Source: an uncultured Rhodothermales bacterium (lineage in GTDB: Bacteria > Bacteroidota > Rhodothermia > Rhodothermales > JABDKH01). Taken from it: DNA of 64,000 bases. A program made the translations under genes and the position numbers. The DNA lies in contig CBDUKH010000002.1 in the NCBI GenBank assembly GCA_965367755.1, forward strand, positions 21,471-85,470, given 5' to 3'. Each line of letters begins with the position of its first letter. Position 1 is the first letter of the stretch. The notes below the pieces were generated by a model. That model saw nothing but the letters and a program-made list of their open reading frames with translations, was not told the origin of the DNA and ran no database searches. Shown here in pieces: positions 9,034-18,812 of this stretch.

Positions 9034-10563
9034 ATGGCCATAAAGCCCATTACAAAAGTCCTGATTGTCAACCGCGGGGAGATTGCGCTCCGCGTCATCC
9101 GAACGTGCAAAGACCTGCAGGTTAAAACAGTCGCGGTTTTTAGTACACCGGACCGAACTGCGCCCCATGTGCTACACGCTGACGAGGCGTATCATATCGG
9201 GCCGGCGCCCTCGTCTGAATCCTACCTGAACATCGATAAGATCCTTGAAGTCGCTGACGCATCTGGAGCTGATGCAATTCATCCCGGCTATGGATTCCTT
9301 TCTGAAAACGCAGACTTCGCCGAGGCCTGCGAAAATGCTGGTATCACTTTCATCGGTCCGTCCGCGAGTGCGATTCGATCTATGGGGGACAAGACGGCTG
9401 CCCGGGCGCTCATGGAAAAGGCTGGTGTCCCTATGGCTCCAGGAACGACGGATGCTGTAAAAAATGCCGAGGAAGGTCAGCGTGTCGCTGAACAGATCGG
9501 TTTTCCCGTGTTGATCAAGGCCGCCGCTGGTGGTGGTGGTAAGGGAATGCGCATCGTATCGTCGAGTGATGAGTTTGCCGGGGCGATGAGAACAGCGCAA
9601 TCCGAAGCACGCTCTGCCTTTGGGGACGACCGCGTGTTCATTGAAAAATATATCCTTAATCCACGGCACATCGAATTCCAGATCCTTGCAGACAGTCACG
9701 GAAATACGATCCACCTTTTCGAACGTGAGTGCTCCATACAGCGGCGACATCAGAAAGTCGTTGAAGAAGCCCCATCCGCTGTTCTGAGCGAGCAGTTGAG
9801 AACCACCATGGGTAACGCTGCTATCGCGGCTGCCGAAACCGTGGACTATACCGGAGTCGGAACTGTCGAATTCCTCGTTGACGACGACCGGAATTTCTAC
9901 TTCATGGAAATGAATACGCGCCTCCAGGTGGAGCACCCGGTTACAGAGTTGGTCACCGGAATTGATCTGGTGGAAGAACAATTACGAGTTGCCGAAGGGC
10001 ACCCTCTACGCTACCGACAAGACGACATATCTTTGAATGGCCACTCGATTGAGTGCAGGGTCTATGCTGAAGACCCGTCAAACAACTTCCTGCCCGACCC
10101 CGGTCATTTGTATCGACACTCTCCTCCGATGGGACCCGGTGTGCGTGTTGATTCGGGAATTGAAGAGGGCGACGACGTGCTGATGCACTACGACCCTATG
10201 ATCTCCAAGCTCGTCACCTGGGGAAGCGACCGCGACCAGGCGATCCGGCGTATGGTTCGAGCACTCGATGAGTACCAGATCAGCGGCGTTAGCACCACAA
10301 TTCCCTTTTGCCGATTTGTGATGACACACGCGGACTTTGTCGCAGGAGATTTCTCGACTCACTTTGTTCAAACATCTTTCAATGCTGACGAGCTGTTTGC
10401 GTCTTCGACCGAGCAACTGGATACGGTAGCGGCACTGGCGGCAGTCATTAATCCAGGTCAGTCAAACGGTTCGTCCAATGGGGGCGGGGCGGATGATGGA
10501 AAGCAGACAGTAACTTCGATTAAACCTTCCTCAAGGTGGACCAACCGCATCGTACGTCGGTAG
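9034..10563 (+). CDS. accC: biotin carboxylase subunit of an acetyl/acyl-CoA carboxylase
   Basis: KVLIVNRGEIALRVIRT, an ATP-grasp glycine loop (AAAGGGGKGMR), EMNTRLQVEHPVTE, and a roughly 55-aa S/G/N-rich C-terminal tail. No accB is adjacent. Confidence 0.9.
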   Translation: MAIKPITKVLIVNRGEIALRVIRTCKDLQVKTVAVFSTPDRTAPHVLHADEAYHIGPAPSSESYLNIDKILEVADASGADAIHPGYGFLSENADFAEACENAGITFIGPSASAIRSMGDKTAARALMEKAGVPMAPGTTDAVKNAEEGQRVAEQIGFPVLIKAAAGGGGKGMRIVSSSDEFAGAMRTAQSEARSAFGDDRVFIEKYILNPRHIEFQILADSHGNTIHLFERECSIQRRHQKVVEEAPSAVLSEQLRTTMGNAAIAAAETVDYTGVGTVEFLVDDDRNFYFMEMNTRLQVEHPVTELVTGIDLVEEQLRVAEGHPLRYRQDDISLNGHSIECRVYAEDPSNNFLPDPGHLYRHSPPMGPGVRVDSGIEEGDDVLMHYDPMISKLVTWGSDRDQAIRRMVRALDEYQISGVSTTIPFCRFVMTHADFVAGDFSTHFVQTSFNADELFASSTEQLDTVAALAAVINPGQSNGSSNGGGADDGKQTVTSIKPSSRWTNRIVRR

Positions 10564-10571
10564 AGCGCCAC

Positions 10572-11510
10572 TTAGAACCAGGTGTCAACAACTTCCATAC
10601 CCGCGGATTCAAACGTCCCGGTGAGTATTTTTACTGCATCCGCGACGCCTCTGGTCAGGACAGGAGACCCAAAGCGCTTCAATCCCAGGTGATATCCTTC
10701 CTTGTGAGGTCGAATCTCAATCAGGATATCCTGGCGCAAGCCGTCTTCTTCAACGAGGACCACGAAGACGTATCCCGGGCTGTCACCCGATCGCAGGATG
10801 TCGAGAATAACAATTTCTCCTGCATCCGTCTTTACGACTTTCTTTTGATCCTGTGATATTTCGGGCAATTGACCCTTCAAAAAAGCGTGATGCATATCCC
10901 CTTGCGGAAGGTTGGTATCGATGGCGGGTGCCCGCTTGAGTAGTCCGAACTCGATGTAATTTATGTCACGGTTTTCTTCGAGCCACTTCTGTGCATAACG
11001 CGTGGTCAGGCATTCAGGTGGAGGATCCTTGATCGTCTCATCGAAGAGCGTTGTCTCCCGGGCTTCATCACGAGCAAACTCGAAATAATTTTTGTCGTCT
11101 GTCGCCAGACACAGCTTGCCATCTTCAGTCAGGCGTGTTGATGTCAGCTCAAAGAATTCTCTGGTCAACAAGCGCCGTTTTTTATGGCGTTGCCGAGGCC
11201 AGGGATCGGGAAAATTAACAGCGACCTTTTGTATCTCGGCCGACCCGATCAAATTTTGAACAAGGAATCGGCCGTCGCAACGAAACAGGCGGACGTTTTT
11301 CACACCACTGCGCTTCAGCCGTTTATAGGCGCGATTCAGTGATGACAACGACACTTCGGCTCCGATGCAATTAGCATCGGGGTTGCTTACAGCCATCTCC
11401 TCAAGAAACGACCCGTTGCCGAAGCCTATCTCGACAAATAGCGGTGCCTCTCTCCCGAATTCTTTCTGCTGAACGATCGGAATATCAATCTCTCCAAGCC
11501 TCTTCAGCAT
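10572..11510 (-). CDS. trmB: tRNA (guanine46-N7)-methyltransferase TrmB with an unassigned C-terminal extension of about 100 aa
   Basis: EIGFGNGSFL SAM-binding motif, FPDPWPRQRHKKRRL. The protein is 312 aa, which is longer than I remember for typical TrmB proteins. Confidence 0.85.
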   Translation of the reverse strand: MLKRLGEIDIPIVQQKEFGREAPLFVEIGFGNGSFLEEMAVSNPDANCIGAEVSLSSLNRAYKRLKRSGVKNVRLFRCDGRFLVQNLIGSAEIQKVAVNFPDPWPRQRHKKRRLLTREFFELTSTRLTEDGKLCLATDDKNYFEFARDEARETTLFDETIKDPPPECLTTRYAQKWLEENRDINYIEFGLLKRAPAIDTNLPQGDMHHAFLKGQLPEISQDQKKVVKTDAGEIVILDILRSGDSPGYVFVVLVEEDGLRQDILIEIRPHKEGYHLGLKRFGSPVLTRGVADAVKILTGTFESAGMEVVDTWF

Positions 11511-11521
11511 TCGCTTTCAGA

Positions 11522-12028
11522 TTATGCCTGTGCGTCGGCCGCAGGAGTACGAGCACCCATTTCCCGGTCGAGCATAAACAAGCCAGGACCGGAATTACCT
11601 ACGAGAGTAAGAGCATCGATTGCTCCCCGGGCATTCTCTTCTTCTTCAACCTGTTCGTCGATGAACCACTGGAGCAGAGACTGCAGCGGATAATCGGCTT
11701 CCTTGACGGATAGGGTGTAGAGCTTATTGATCTTGCCTGTGATATACTGTTCGTGCTGCAGAACCTGCTCGAAACACTCGAGAGCAGTCTCGAATTTTGC
11801 ATCTGGCTTTTCGATAGCAAGCAAGGTGACGTCTACATCCCGCTGGATCAAGAAGTCATAAAATTTCATGGCATGATCCAACTCTTCCTGCCACTGCAGC
11901 TTTAACCAGGAAGCCATTCCCGGAAGTCGCATTTGCTCCATCCTGGCTGACATCGCCAGATATATGTAGGCTGATTGCAGCTCGGCCTGAATCTGCTCGT
12001 TAATAGCTTTTTGAACTTCCTGCTTCAT
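11522..12028 (-). CDS. ftn: non-haem ferritin
   Basis: INEQIQAELQSAYIYLAMS...EELDHAMKFYDFL ferroxidase-centre ligand pattern, 168 aa. Confidence 0.88.
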   Translation of the reverse strand: MKQEVQKAINEQIQAELQSAYIYLAMSARMEQMRLPGMASWLKLQWQEELDHAMKFYDFLIQRDVDVTLLAIEKPDAKFETALECFEQVLQHEQYITGKINKLYTLSVKEADYPLQSLLQWFIDEQVEEEENARGAIDALTLVGNSGPGLFMLDREMGARTPAADAQA

Positions 12029-12083
12029 AAGTTTGTACTGATGGAACTTTGATATTTTAAAAAGTTACCCGCCGATAGTACGA

Positions 12084-12854
12084 ATGTCACGATACACCTG
12101 TTCACCATTGATCATGGATTTATTTGAAAGAAATCGGTTGCCACACTTTTTCCAGCTGGCCAGTGCTGTCCTATTCGCTCTCCTGATTGTCACAGGCTGC
12201 AATTCGCCGGAGGCCGATTCATCTTCGGAACCGGAAGCTACATACCTCTTCCCGATTCTCGATGGCGGACAGTGGGGCTACATCAATCAGTCTGGCCACC
12301 TCGTAATTCCCCCGGCGTTTGAAATGGCATGGGATTTTTCTGAAGATCGTGCCCTCGTTCGATCAGGCGGCAAGTATGGCTTTGTAAATAGCCGCGGCGA
12401 ATTGGTTATTGAGCCTCAATTTGAGGATGCCTGGCATTTCGCAGAAGGCCTCGCTCCGGTCCAGATAGATTCCAAGTGGGGATACATCGATCTCGACGGT
12501 AACGTAGTCGTTGACCCTCAATTCGACCTCACTACGAAAGATCTGGAATGGACAACGTATGAAACGGATGCCCCCGGTCGGATTAAAGTAAATAATCGGT
12601 ATGGCTACGATGACGAAGACGGCAATATCGTTATCGACCCTGACTTCGACCAGGCGTGGTTGTTCTCCGAAGGTAGAGCACGTGTCCAGGTGGATGGCAA
12701 GTGGGGATTCATTGACCGGCAGGGTAATGGAATCGTTGCTCCGACGTTCGACCTGGCATGGGATTTCCGTAATGGACTCGCTCGCGTGAAGGTCGGCGAT
12801 CGCATAGGGTACGTTAACCGTGATGGAGACTACTTGTGGCCGCCGACCATGTAA
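12084..12854 (+). CDS. WG-repeat (KWG) lipoprotein
   Basis: Lipobox LIVTGC. Repeated (K)WG(Y/F)I(D/N)..G..VI.P.F(D/E).AW.F.EG.A units. The start could instead be ATG 12114. Confidence 0.75.
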   Translation: MSRYTCSPLIMDLFERNRLPHFFQLASAVLFALLIVTGCNSPEADSSSEPEATYLFPILDGGQWGYINQSGHLVIPPAFEMAWDFSEDRALVRSGGKYGFVNSRGELVIEPQFEDAWHFAEGLAPVQIDSKWGYIDLDGNVVVDPQFDLTTKDLEWTTYETDAPGRIKVNNRYGYDDEDGNIVIDPDFDQAWLFSEGRARVQVDGKWGFIDRQGNGIVAPTFDLAWDFRNGLARVKVGDRIGYVNRDGDYLWPPTM

Positions 12855-13045
12855 TGCCAGCTGCCCAGGCCAATCGTTCGGATCAACTTACTGATTATTA
12901 GGCATGAGGCGGCGGCCGGTGAACCTGCTCCGTGGCCGACCGTACAACCCATCACCATATTTCAGCCGACTATTCAATACGACCTATCGAGAACAGCTAC
13001 GGTAATCCCACGTATCCATTCTAATACCGTATAACTACTTTTCGA

Positions 13046-14608
13046 ATGTCTAATCCTCGAATTCTCTGGGCCGATGATGAAATCGACCTGCTCCAACCTC
13101 ACATCCTCTTCCTTGAATCCAAAGGATACGATGTAACGAGTGTTTCCAACGGCTCCGACGCCGTCGATCGTGTTCGCAATGAACGATTCGAGATTGTTCT
13201 TATTGATGAGCAGATGCCTGGAATGGGAGGGCTCGAAACGCTCTCGGAGATCAACAAAATCTCTCCCGAGATGCCGGTGGTGATGATCACCAAGAGTGAA
13301 GAAGAGCGCATCATGGAAGAAGCGCTTGGATTCAAAATCAGTGATTATCTCACCAAGCCTGTGAACCCTAGCCAGGTACTGCTAACGTGCAAGCGGATCC
13401 TCGATCGTGCGCGCTTGCGCAATCAGAAAGTATCGCAGTCTTACCTGCAGTCGTTTGCAGAGATTACCAGTTCTCTCGGCGGTCGCCTCAATCACGAAGA
13501 CTGGGTCGATTTGTACCTCGAACTGGTGCGTTACGATGTTGAGCTAGAGGGTGACGATGGTGTTCGACAAATCCTACAGGACCAGTTTCGCGAAGCGAAC
13601 AGGGCGTTCGGAAAATATATCGAGGAACACTATCCACGTTGGATAAAGAATATCAAGAGCCCGCCCGATGAGGAGAGGCCAGTATTGTCCAACGAGGTGG
13701 TCTCGCAATTCGTGTTACCCAAAATGGACAAGGGAAAGCCGGTCATCTTTTTTGTTATTGATTGTATGCGATACGATCAATGGCTTGCGTTCGAGTCCCT
13801 GTTGTTTCCATACTTCGACATCGAACAGGACTTCCACTTCTCGCTCCTCCCTACCTCTACACCGTACTCCCGAAATGCCATTTTCAGTGGATTGCTGCCA
13901 GCAGAGCTTGCCCGAAAATATCCTAAAATCTGGCAGGATGGTGAGGAAGACGAACATTCCAGAAATCGTAACGAAGAAGAATTTCTAGGCGCATTGCTTG
14001 AGCGCCACCGGAAGTCTGCCAGATTGCGCTATGACAAAGTGATCACCACGAACGATGGTCGCGAGTTCGAAAAGAACGTCAACGAACTTACCGGGCATGA
14101 CCTCAGTGCGGTGGTCATCAACTTTGTCGACATCCTGGCGCATTCGCGTTCGGATTCTGCGGTCTTGAAAGAGCTTGCTCCTGATGAACGTGCTTACCGC
14201 GCGCTTACGCGCACATGGTTCGAACACTCCTGGCTATTTCAGGCATTTCAACAACTTGCAGCTCAGGATTGCACGATCGTCATAACCAGCGATCATGGCG
14301 CGATTCGAAGTTTGCATGCGACAAAAGTTATCGGCGACAGACAAACATCGACAGCACTGCGTTACAAGTATGGCCGCAACCTGAAGTGCGACTCAAAGCA
14401 TGCCATCTTTATCAAGGACCCGGAGAAGTATGGATTGCCAAGTGCCGGTATGAATCAGAACTACATGGTTGCGAAGGAGGACTATTATTTTGTCTATCCT
14501 ACGAACTACAACCAGTATCTCAATAAGTATCGGGATACCATGCAGCATGGTGGCGCCTCTCTTGAAGAGATGATTCTTCCGGTCCTGACCTTGAAACCGA
14601 AGAAATAG
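13046..14608 (+). CDS. porX: PorX-like response regulator (REC domain fused to a PglZ/alkaline-phosphatase-like domain)
   Basis: ILWADDEIDLL...VLIDEQMPGMGG...KP receiver motifs, followed by a long PglZ-type domain (FFVIDCMRYDQW, ITSDHG). This is the architecture of the T9SS regulator PorX. Confidence 0.8.
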   Translation: MSNPRILWADDEIDLLQPHILFLESKGYDVTSVSNGSDAVDRVRNERFEIVLIDEQMPGMGGLETLSEINKISPEMPVVMITKSEEERIMEEALGFKISDYLTKPVNPSQVLLTCKRILDRARLRNQKVSQSYLQSFAEITSSLGGRLNHEDWVDLYLELVRYDVELEGDDGVRQILQDQFREANRAFGKYIEEHYPRWIKNIKSPPDEERPVLSNEVVSQFVLPKMDKGKPVIFFVIDCMRYDQWLAFESLLFPYFDIEQDFHFSLLPTSTPYSRNAIFSGLLPAELARKYPKIWQDGEEDEHSRNRNEEEFLGALLERHRKSARLRYDKVITTNDGREFEKNVNELTGHDLSAVVINFVDILAHSRSDSAVLKELAPDERAYRALTRTWFEHSWLFQAFQQLAAQDCTIVITSDHGAIRSLHATKVIGDRQTSTALRYKYGRNLKCDSKHAIFIKDPEKYGLPSAGMNQNYMVAKEDYYFVYPTNYNQYLNKYRDTMQHGGASLEEMILPVLTLKPKK

Positions 14609-15061
14609 TTGGCACCTATCGACACTGAGAGTCTTGATTCTCTGCTCCCGCTGGTCACGAATACCGTAGACGAAACAGTCGAGGTTGGCAGAAGGCTTGG
14701 TGCACTTCTACAAGGTGGCGACGTAGTCGCCTTGCTGGGAGATGTCGGAGCAGGCAAGACGCATCTTACGAAAGGTATTGCAGCTTCGAAAGGAGTCGCC
14801 ACGTCGGATGTGACAAGTCCGACCTTTGCAATCGTCAATATCTATTACGGTAGCGAGGAGATTTATCATATCGACACCTATCGGGCAAAGTCCATCGCGG
14901 ATCTTCTGGAAATCGGAATTGACGAATACCTTTACGGAGAAGGTATTTGTATCATTGAGTGGCCTTCAATCGTGGAGGAGTTATTGCCTGAAGATTGCCT
15001 CCGGGTAGAGCTCACCCACTACGATTCGACCAGAAGAAGAATAGCGGTATACCAGCGGTAA
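14609..15061 (+). CDS. tsaE: tRNA t6A37 biosynthesis ATPase TsaE
   Basis: P-loop GDVGAGKTHLTKGI, SPTFAIVNIY, HIDTYR. There is no ATG upstream of the P-loop. TTG 14609 directly abuts the porX stop. Confidence 0.85.
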   Translation: MAPIDTESLDSLLPLVTNTVDETVEVGRRLGALLQGGDVVALLGDVGAGKTHLTKGIAASKGVATSDVTSPTFAIVNIYYGSEEIYHIDTYRAKSIADLLEIGIDEYLYGEGICIIEWPSIVEELLPEDCLRVELTHYDSTRRRIAVYQR

Positions 15062-16369
15062 TTGCATCTGAACAGTTCTGAGAAATACCTGGTTTCTCTG
15101 CCCCGATTCAGTCAGCTCGGTGTTGCCGCATACAAGCCCGGCCTGCAGCGGATTGAAAACATTTTGTCCGGTATCGATAATCCGCATCGAGACTTATCCG
15201 TTATTCACGTAGCTGGAACGAATGGGAAAGGCAGCACGTCTTCGATGATCAGCGCAATGCTTACCGCCCAGGGCTACAAGACCGGGCTCTACACTTCTCC
15301 ACACATCTCGTCCGTCCGAGAAAGGTTCCGAATTGACGGGAAGCCTATTCCTGATAGTGATGTTGGAGCATTGGTCCATGAGTTACAACCATATTTTGAT
15401 CGCGTGCAGCCATCGTTTTTTGAAGGCATGACGGCCCTCGGCTTCCTGTATTTCAAACGGGAAAAAGTAGATGTGCTTGTAGCAGAAGTTGGACTCGGCG
15501 GGCGTCTCGATGCGACGAATGTCGTAAACCCTGTTGTCAGTGTAATCACGTCAGTCGGGCTGGACCATACCTCATCTCTTGGGGACAACCTCACGTCCAT
15601 TGCGGGTGAGAAAGCAGGAATTATTAAGCATGGCGTCCCGGCGGTGGTGGGGTTCAATACGGAAGGGATTAGTGCGATCGTGGAGCATGCAGTAGCTGTG
15701 GGCAGCGACTTGCATATCGTTCCTGAAGAAACCGAGCACACCGTCCTGGATCACGGACTGTCTGGAACCACGTTCGACCTCTCGACTCCGGAAGACATCT
15801 ACAGATCGCTCCGTATTCCTCTTCCTGGCAATCACCAGATTCAGAATGCGTCTACAGCCATTCGGGCGCTTGAGGTAGCCGGAGAACGTTTTCCTGTCAG
15901 CGCTTACAGCATTCGTAATGGCCTGTTGAATGTTCACGGACTGGCAGGGCTAAGAGCGCGGCTCGAGGTAGTTCGCCACGAGCCGGCCATCATCCTGGAC
16001 GTCGCCCACAACCCGCAAGGTATTCATGCTGCGTTGCAACACGTACGGAGCGAGATGCCAGGCGCCCCAGTATTTGTTGCCCTCGGCATCATGGCTGACA
16101 AAGATCTTCCTGCGGTAATGCAATCGATTGCAGACTCCGGAGCCACGTTAATACCCATAGAGCTTTCTTCAGAGCGAGCAGCGAAAGTACATGACCTGGC
16201 TAGCCTGGCCGTTTCGAACAATGTGGAGGTAATGCTGGTCGATTCCCTGGAAGAGGCCGTGCGATATGTCCGGCAAAAAGACACCGAAAGTGTGCTTCTG
16301 ATCACGGGATCGCACCAAACGGTTGAGCAAGCATTCGAAAAAGAGGTCTGGGATACGATTTCTGCCTGA
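15062..16369 (+). CDS. folC: bifunctional folylpolyglutamate synthase / dihydrofolate synthase
   Basis: HVAGTNGKGST P-loop, EVGLGGRLDATNV, Mur-ligase-like layout. TTG 15062 directly abuts the tsaE stop. Confidence 0.88.
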   Translation: MHLNSSEKYLVSLPRFSQLGVAAYKPGLQRIENILSGIDNPHRDLSVIHVAGTNGKGSTSSMISAMLTAQGYKTGLYTSPHISSVRERFRIDGKPIPDSDVGALVHELQPYFDRVQPSFFEGMTALGFLYFKREKVDVLVAEVGLGGRLDATNVVNPVVSVITSVGLDHTSSLGDNLTSIAGEKAGIIKHGVPAVVGFNTEGISAIVEHAVAVGSDLHIVPEETEHTVLDHGLSGTTFDLSTPEDIYRSLRIPLPGNHQIQNASTAIRALEVAGERFPVSAYSIRNGLLNVHGLAGLRARLEVVRHEPAIILDVAHNPQGIHAALQHVRSEMPGAPVFVALGIMADKDLPAVMQSIADSGATLIPIELSSERAAKVHDLASLAVSNNVEVMLVDSLEEAVRYVRQKDTESVLLITGSHQTVEQAFEKEVWDTISA

Positions 16370-16752
16370 ACTCTTTAAAATGCCTGTTTACGGTCGATTT
16401 TAAATATATTCGGCGTTCAGAGGCTTCTTGGTGTTGAACACGCAGTAAACTTTTTGCGCACAGGCAAGAACCGACGTTGATATTAGCCGTTTATGTCCTA
16501 TCTTGGGAGCTGTACCCCGTCGCGGGTACCTGTAGTTTTAACCCTAAGTTAGGTCGTGGTGCCCTTTGTGTGGTAATACACACTCTCCTCTCGGCACCCA
16601 TTAATTCCTAGAAATCCCGCCTTAACGTACCGCAAGTAACACGCGTAATAGGCTCCGACTAAGCAGGATTTTATTTGTCCTGAATAATCCTCGACTCAAA
16701 TCAAAAAAGTACGCCATTCTATCGACGCTCGTCGGTATGCTACCTCTAGCTT

Positions 16753-18726
16753 ATGAACATCTCTGATCTCAAAGACCAAAAACTCCCTGAACTGAAAGAA
16801 GTCGCCCGCAATATGGGTCTGACCGGTTTCTCTACCATGAGAAAAAAGGAGTTGATCTATCTCATTCTTGAAGCCAATGCCGATCGCGTTTCGGGCAAGG
16901 CGAAAAATGGCAGCGCCGACACTTCTCGGGCGCCGCAGGAATCCGGGGATAGCGATGCTGGGAAATCCGCGAAAGCGAATCCTGAAGCATCGTCAATAGC
17001 TAAACCCGACGTCAACAAACAATCAGACCGGAATAAACGCTCAAACAGAAGCGACCGATCCGAGGATCGATCCCGAGATAAGAAAATGGAATCAGACTCT
17101 GAACAAAACGAGAAGACGAGCAGGTCGAACGGCGACAATGATCGTCAACCGTCATCATCTGAAAATCGGGACAGTCGGGATAGCCGGGATAGTCGGAATA
17201 ACCGCGACCGCGACAATCGACGGGATCGTCAGGGCGGCGGACGAAAACCAAAGAATAGCAACCGGGATCGAGATCGAGACAATCGAGATCGAGACAACCG
17301 CGGCGACAGGGACAACCGCGGCGACCGAGATACCCGAGATCGAGACAATCGCGGCGAACGCGATAATCGCGACCGCGACGGTAACAAAGAAGGCGGCAAT
17401 CAGGACAACAAGAGATCGTCGAACCGAAACAACAATCGCAGACGTAACGATCGTAGAAGCGGACGCAATCGCAACGACAGGGACAACAACGGCAATAACA
17501 ACCGCCGGTCGCGCGACCAGAAGCGTGCAGAGCGTGAGGAGCGCCGCAAAAAAGTATATGAAGGGCGCCCGGACTACATGTCGAAGTACGACCCGAATTC
17601 CACCGAATTAGATGGGATGATTAGAAAGGTCGGCGTCCTCGAGGTTCTGCCAGACGGATATGGATTTCTCCGATCCGCGGAATACAACTACCTCCCGAGT
17701 CCGGACGACATCTATGTATCCCCTTCGCAGATAAAAAGATTTTCTCTCAAACTGGGAGACACCGTTGACGGTGAAGTTCGACCTCCGAAAGAAGGCGAGC
17801 GTTTCTTTGCCCTTATCCAGGTCAACTCGGTTAACGGACGACAGCCTGCTGAGCTTGAAGAGCGAGCCACCTTCGATTATCTGACGCCTCTGTACCCGGA
17901 GACGCATTTGAATCTGGAAACAGATGCCTCGGAATACAGCATGCGGGTTCTCGACCTGTTCGCTCCAATCGGAATGGGACAGCGTGGCCTCATTGTCGCT
18001 CAGCCGAAAACGGGTAAGACCGTGCTACTGCAAAAGATGGCAAACGCCATCGCCAAGAATCATCCAGATTCCTACCTCATTATCCTTCTTGTTGACGAGC
18101 GACCGGAGGAAGTAACCGACATGGTTCGAAACGTCCCCGACGCTGAAGTAATTGCTTCTACGTTCGACCAGGACCCGGAACGACACGTTGAGGTTGCTGA
18201 GATCGTCCTGCAGAAAGCCAAGCGCCTGGTGGAAGCTGGTCAAGATGTCGTCATTCTACTCGACTCTATTACGCGACTTGCCCGGGCTCATAACGCTGTT
18301 ATGCCAAACACCGGAAAAACACTTTCTGGTGGTATTGAAGCCGGCGCTCTACGTGGACCAAAAAGATTCTTTGGCGCTGCTCGTAACGTCGAGGAAGGCG
18401 GATCCCTGACTATCATCGGCACTGCCTTGATTGATACCGGTAGCCGAATGGATGAGGTGATCTTCGAAGAGTTCAAGGGTACAGGTAATTCTGAGCTTGT
18501 TCTGGATCGCAACATGTCCGATAGACGAGTTTTCCCTGCTATCAACGTCATCAAGTCTGGTACACGACGCGAAGAACTGTTGATACCTGAGGCCATGCTC
18601 CAGCGAATATGGATCTTGAGAAAGCTGCTCGCCGACATGGATCCACTTCAGGCCATGAACTTCATGCTCGATAAGATGAGAGGAACTCGTAACAACGAAG
18701 AATTCCTCATCGTTATGAATTCGTAA
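16753..18726 (+). CDS. rho: transcription termination factor Rho with an N-terminal insertion of about 240 aa of low-complexity sequence
   Basis: Rho_N ([25 protein letters not shown]), an RNA-binding CSD ([14 protein letters not shown]), Walker A (QPKTGKT), and [12 protein letters not shown]. Residues about 43-285 are R/D/N/S-rich. Confidence 0.95.
   Translation: MNISDLKDQKLPELKEVARNMGLTGFSTMRKKELIYLILEANADRVSGKAKNGSADTSRAPQESGDSDAGKSAKANPEASSIAKPDVNKQSDRNKRSNRSDRSEDRSRDKKMESDSEQNEKTSRSNGDNDRQPSSSENRDSRDSRDSRNNRDRDNRRDRQGGGRKPKNSNRDRDRDNRDRDNRGDRDNRGDRDTRDRDNRGERDNRDRDGNKEGGNQDNKRSSNRNNNRRRNDRRSGRNRNDRDNNGNNNRRSRDQKRAEREERRKKVYEGRPDYMSKYDPNSTELDGMIRKVGVLEVLPDGYGFLRSAEYNYLPSPDDIYVSPSQIKRFSLKLGDTVDGEVRPPKEGERFFALIQVNSVNGRQPAELEERATFDYLTPLYPETHLNLETDASEYSMRVLDLFAPIGMGQRGLIVAQPKTGKTVLLQKMANAIAKNHPDSYLIILLVDERPEEVTDMVRNVPDAEVIASTFDQDPERHVEVAEIVLQKAKRLVEAGQDVVILLDSITRLARAHNAVMPNTGKTLSGGIEAGALRGPKRFFGAARNVEEGGSLTIIGTALIDTGSRMDEVIFEEFKGTGNSELVLDRNMSDRRVFPAINVIKSGTRREELLIPEAMLQRIWILRKLLADMDPLQAMNFMLDKMRGTRNNEEFLIVMNS
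17161..17379 (+). repeat. degenerate in-frame RD(N/S) coding repeats inside rho
   Basis: The DNA shows reiterated cgggat/cgagat/cgagac/aatcgc units. They translate to [23 protein letters not shown]...[39 protein letters not shown]. Confidence 0.8.
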
Positions 18727-18812
18727 CTCTTGCGGCAGACGAACGACCCGCAAGGATCTCCTTGTCCGGCTCGTCCCGTAGCCTGATCACGTCTTGAATA
18801 CATCGACCTGAG

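Noticed and set aside
13046-14608. PglZ domain as a hint of a BREX-type phage-defence system
   Set aside because: Here the PglZ domain is fused to an N-terminal receiver domain, which is the PorX architecture. No other BREX components (PglX methyltransferase, BrxC ATPase, BrxL) are nearby; the neighbours are tsaE and folC.
16370-16752. The folC-rho intergenic region as a housekeeping ncRNA (RNase P RNA, 6S, SRP RNA, tmRNA)
   Set aside because: I could not find the conserved signature strings I remember for these RNAs (for example GAGGAAAGUCC for RNase P, the tmRNA tag ORF and acceptor-like ends, or the SRP domain IV motif). A rho leader is the simpler explanation.
17161-17379. Reiterated cgagat/cgggac/aatcgc units that could be taken for a tandem-repeat locus or a CRISPR-like array
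   Set aside because: The units are 3-9 nt, in frame, degenerate, and lie inside the continuous rho reading frame. They encode the RD(N/S) low-complexity insertion and are not a spacer-repeat array.
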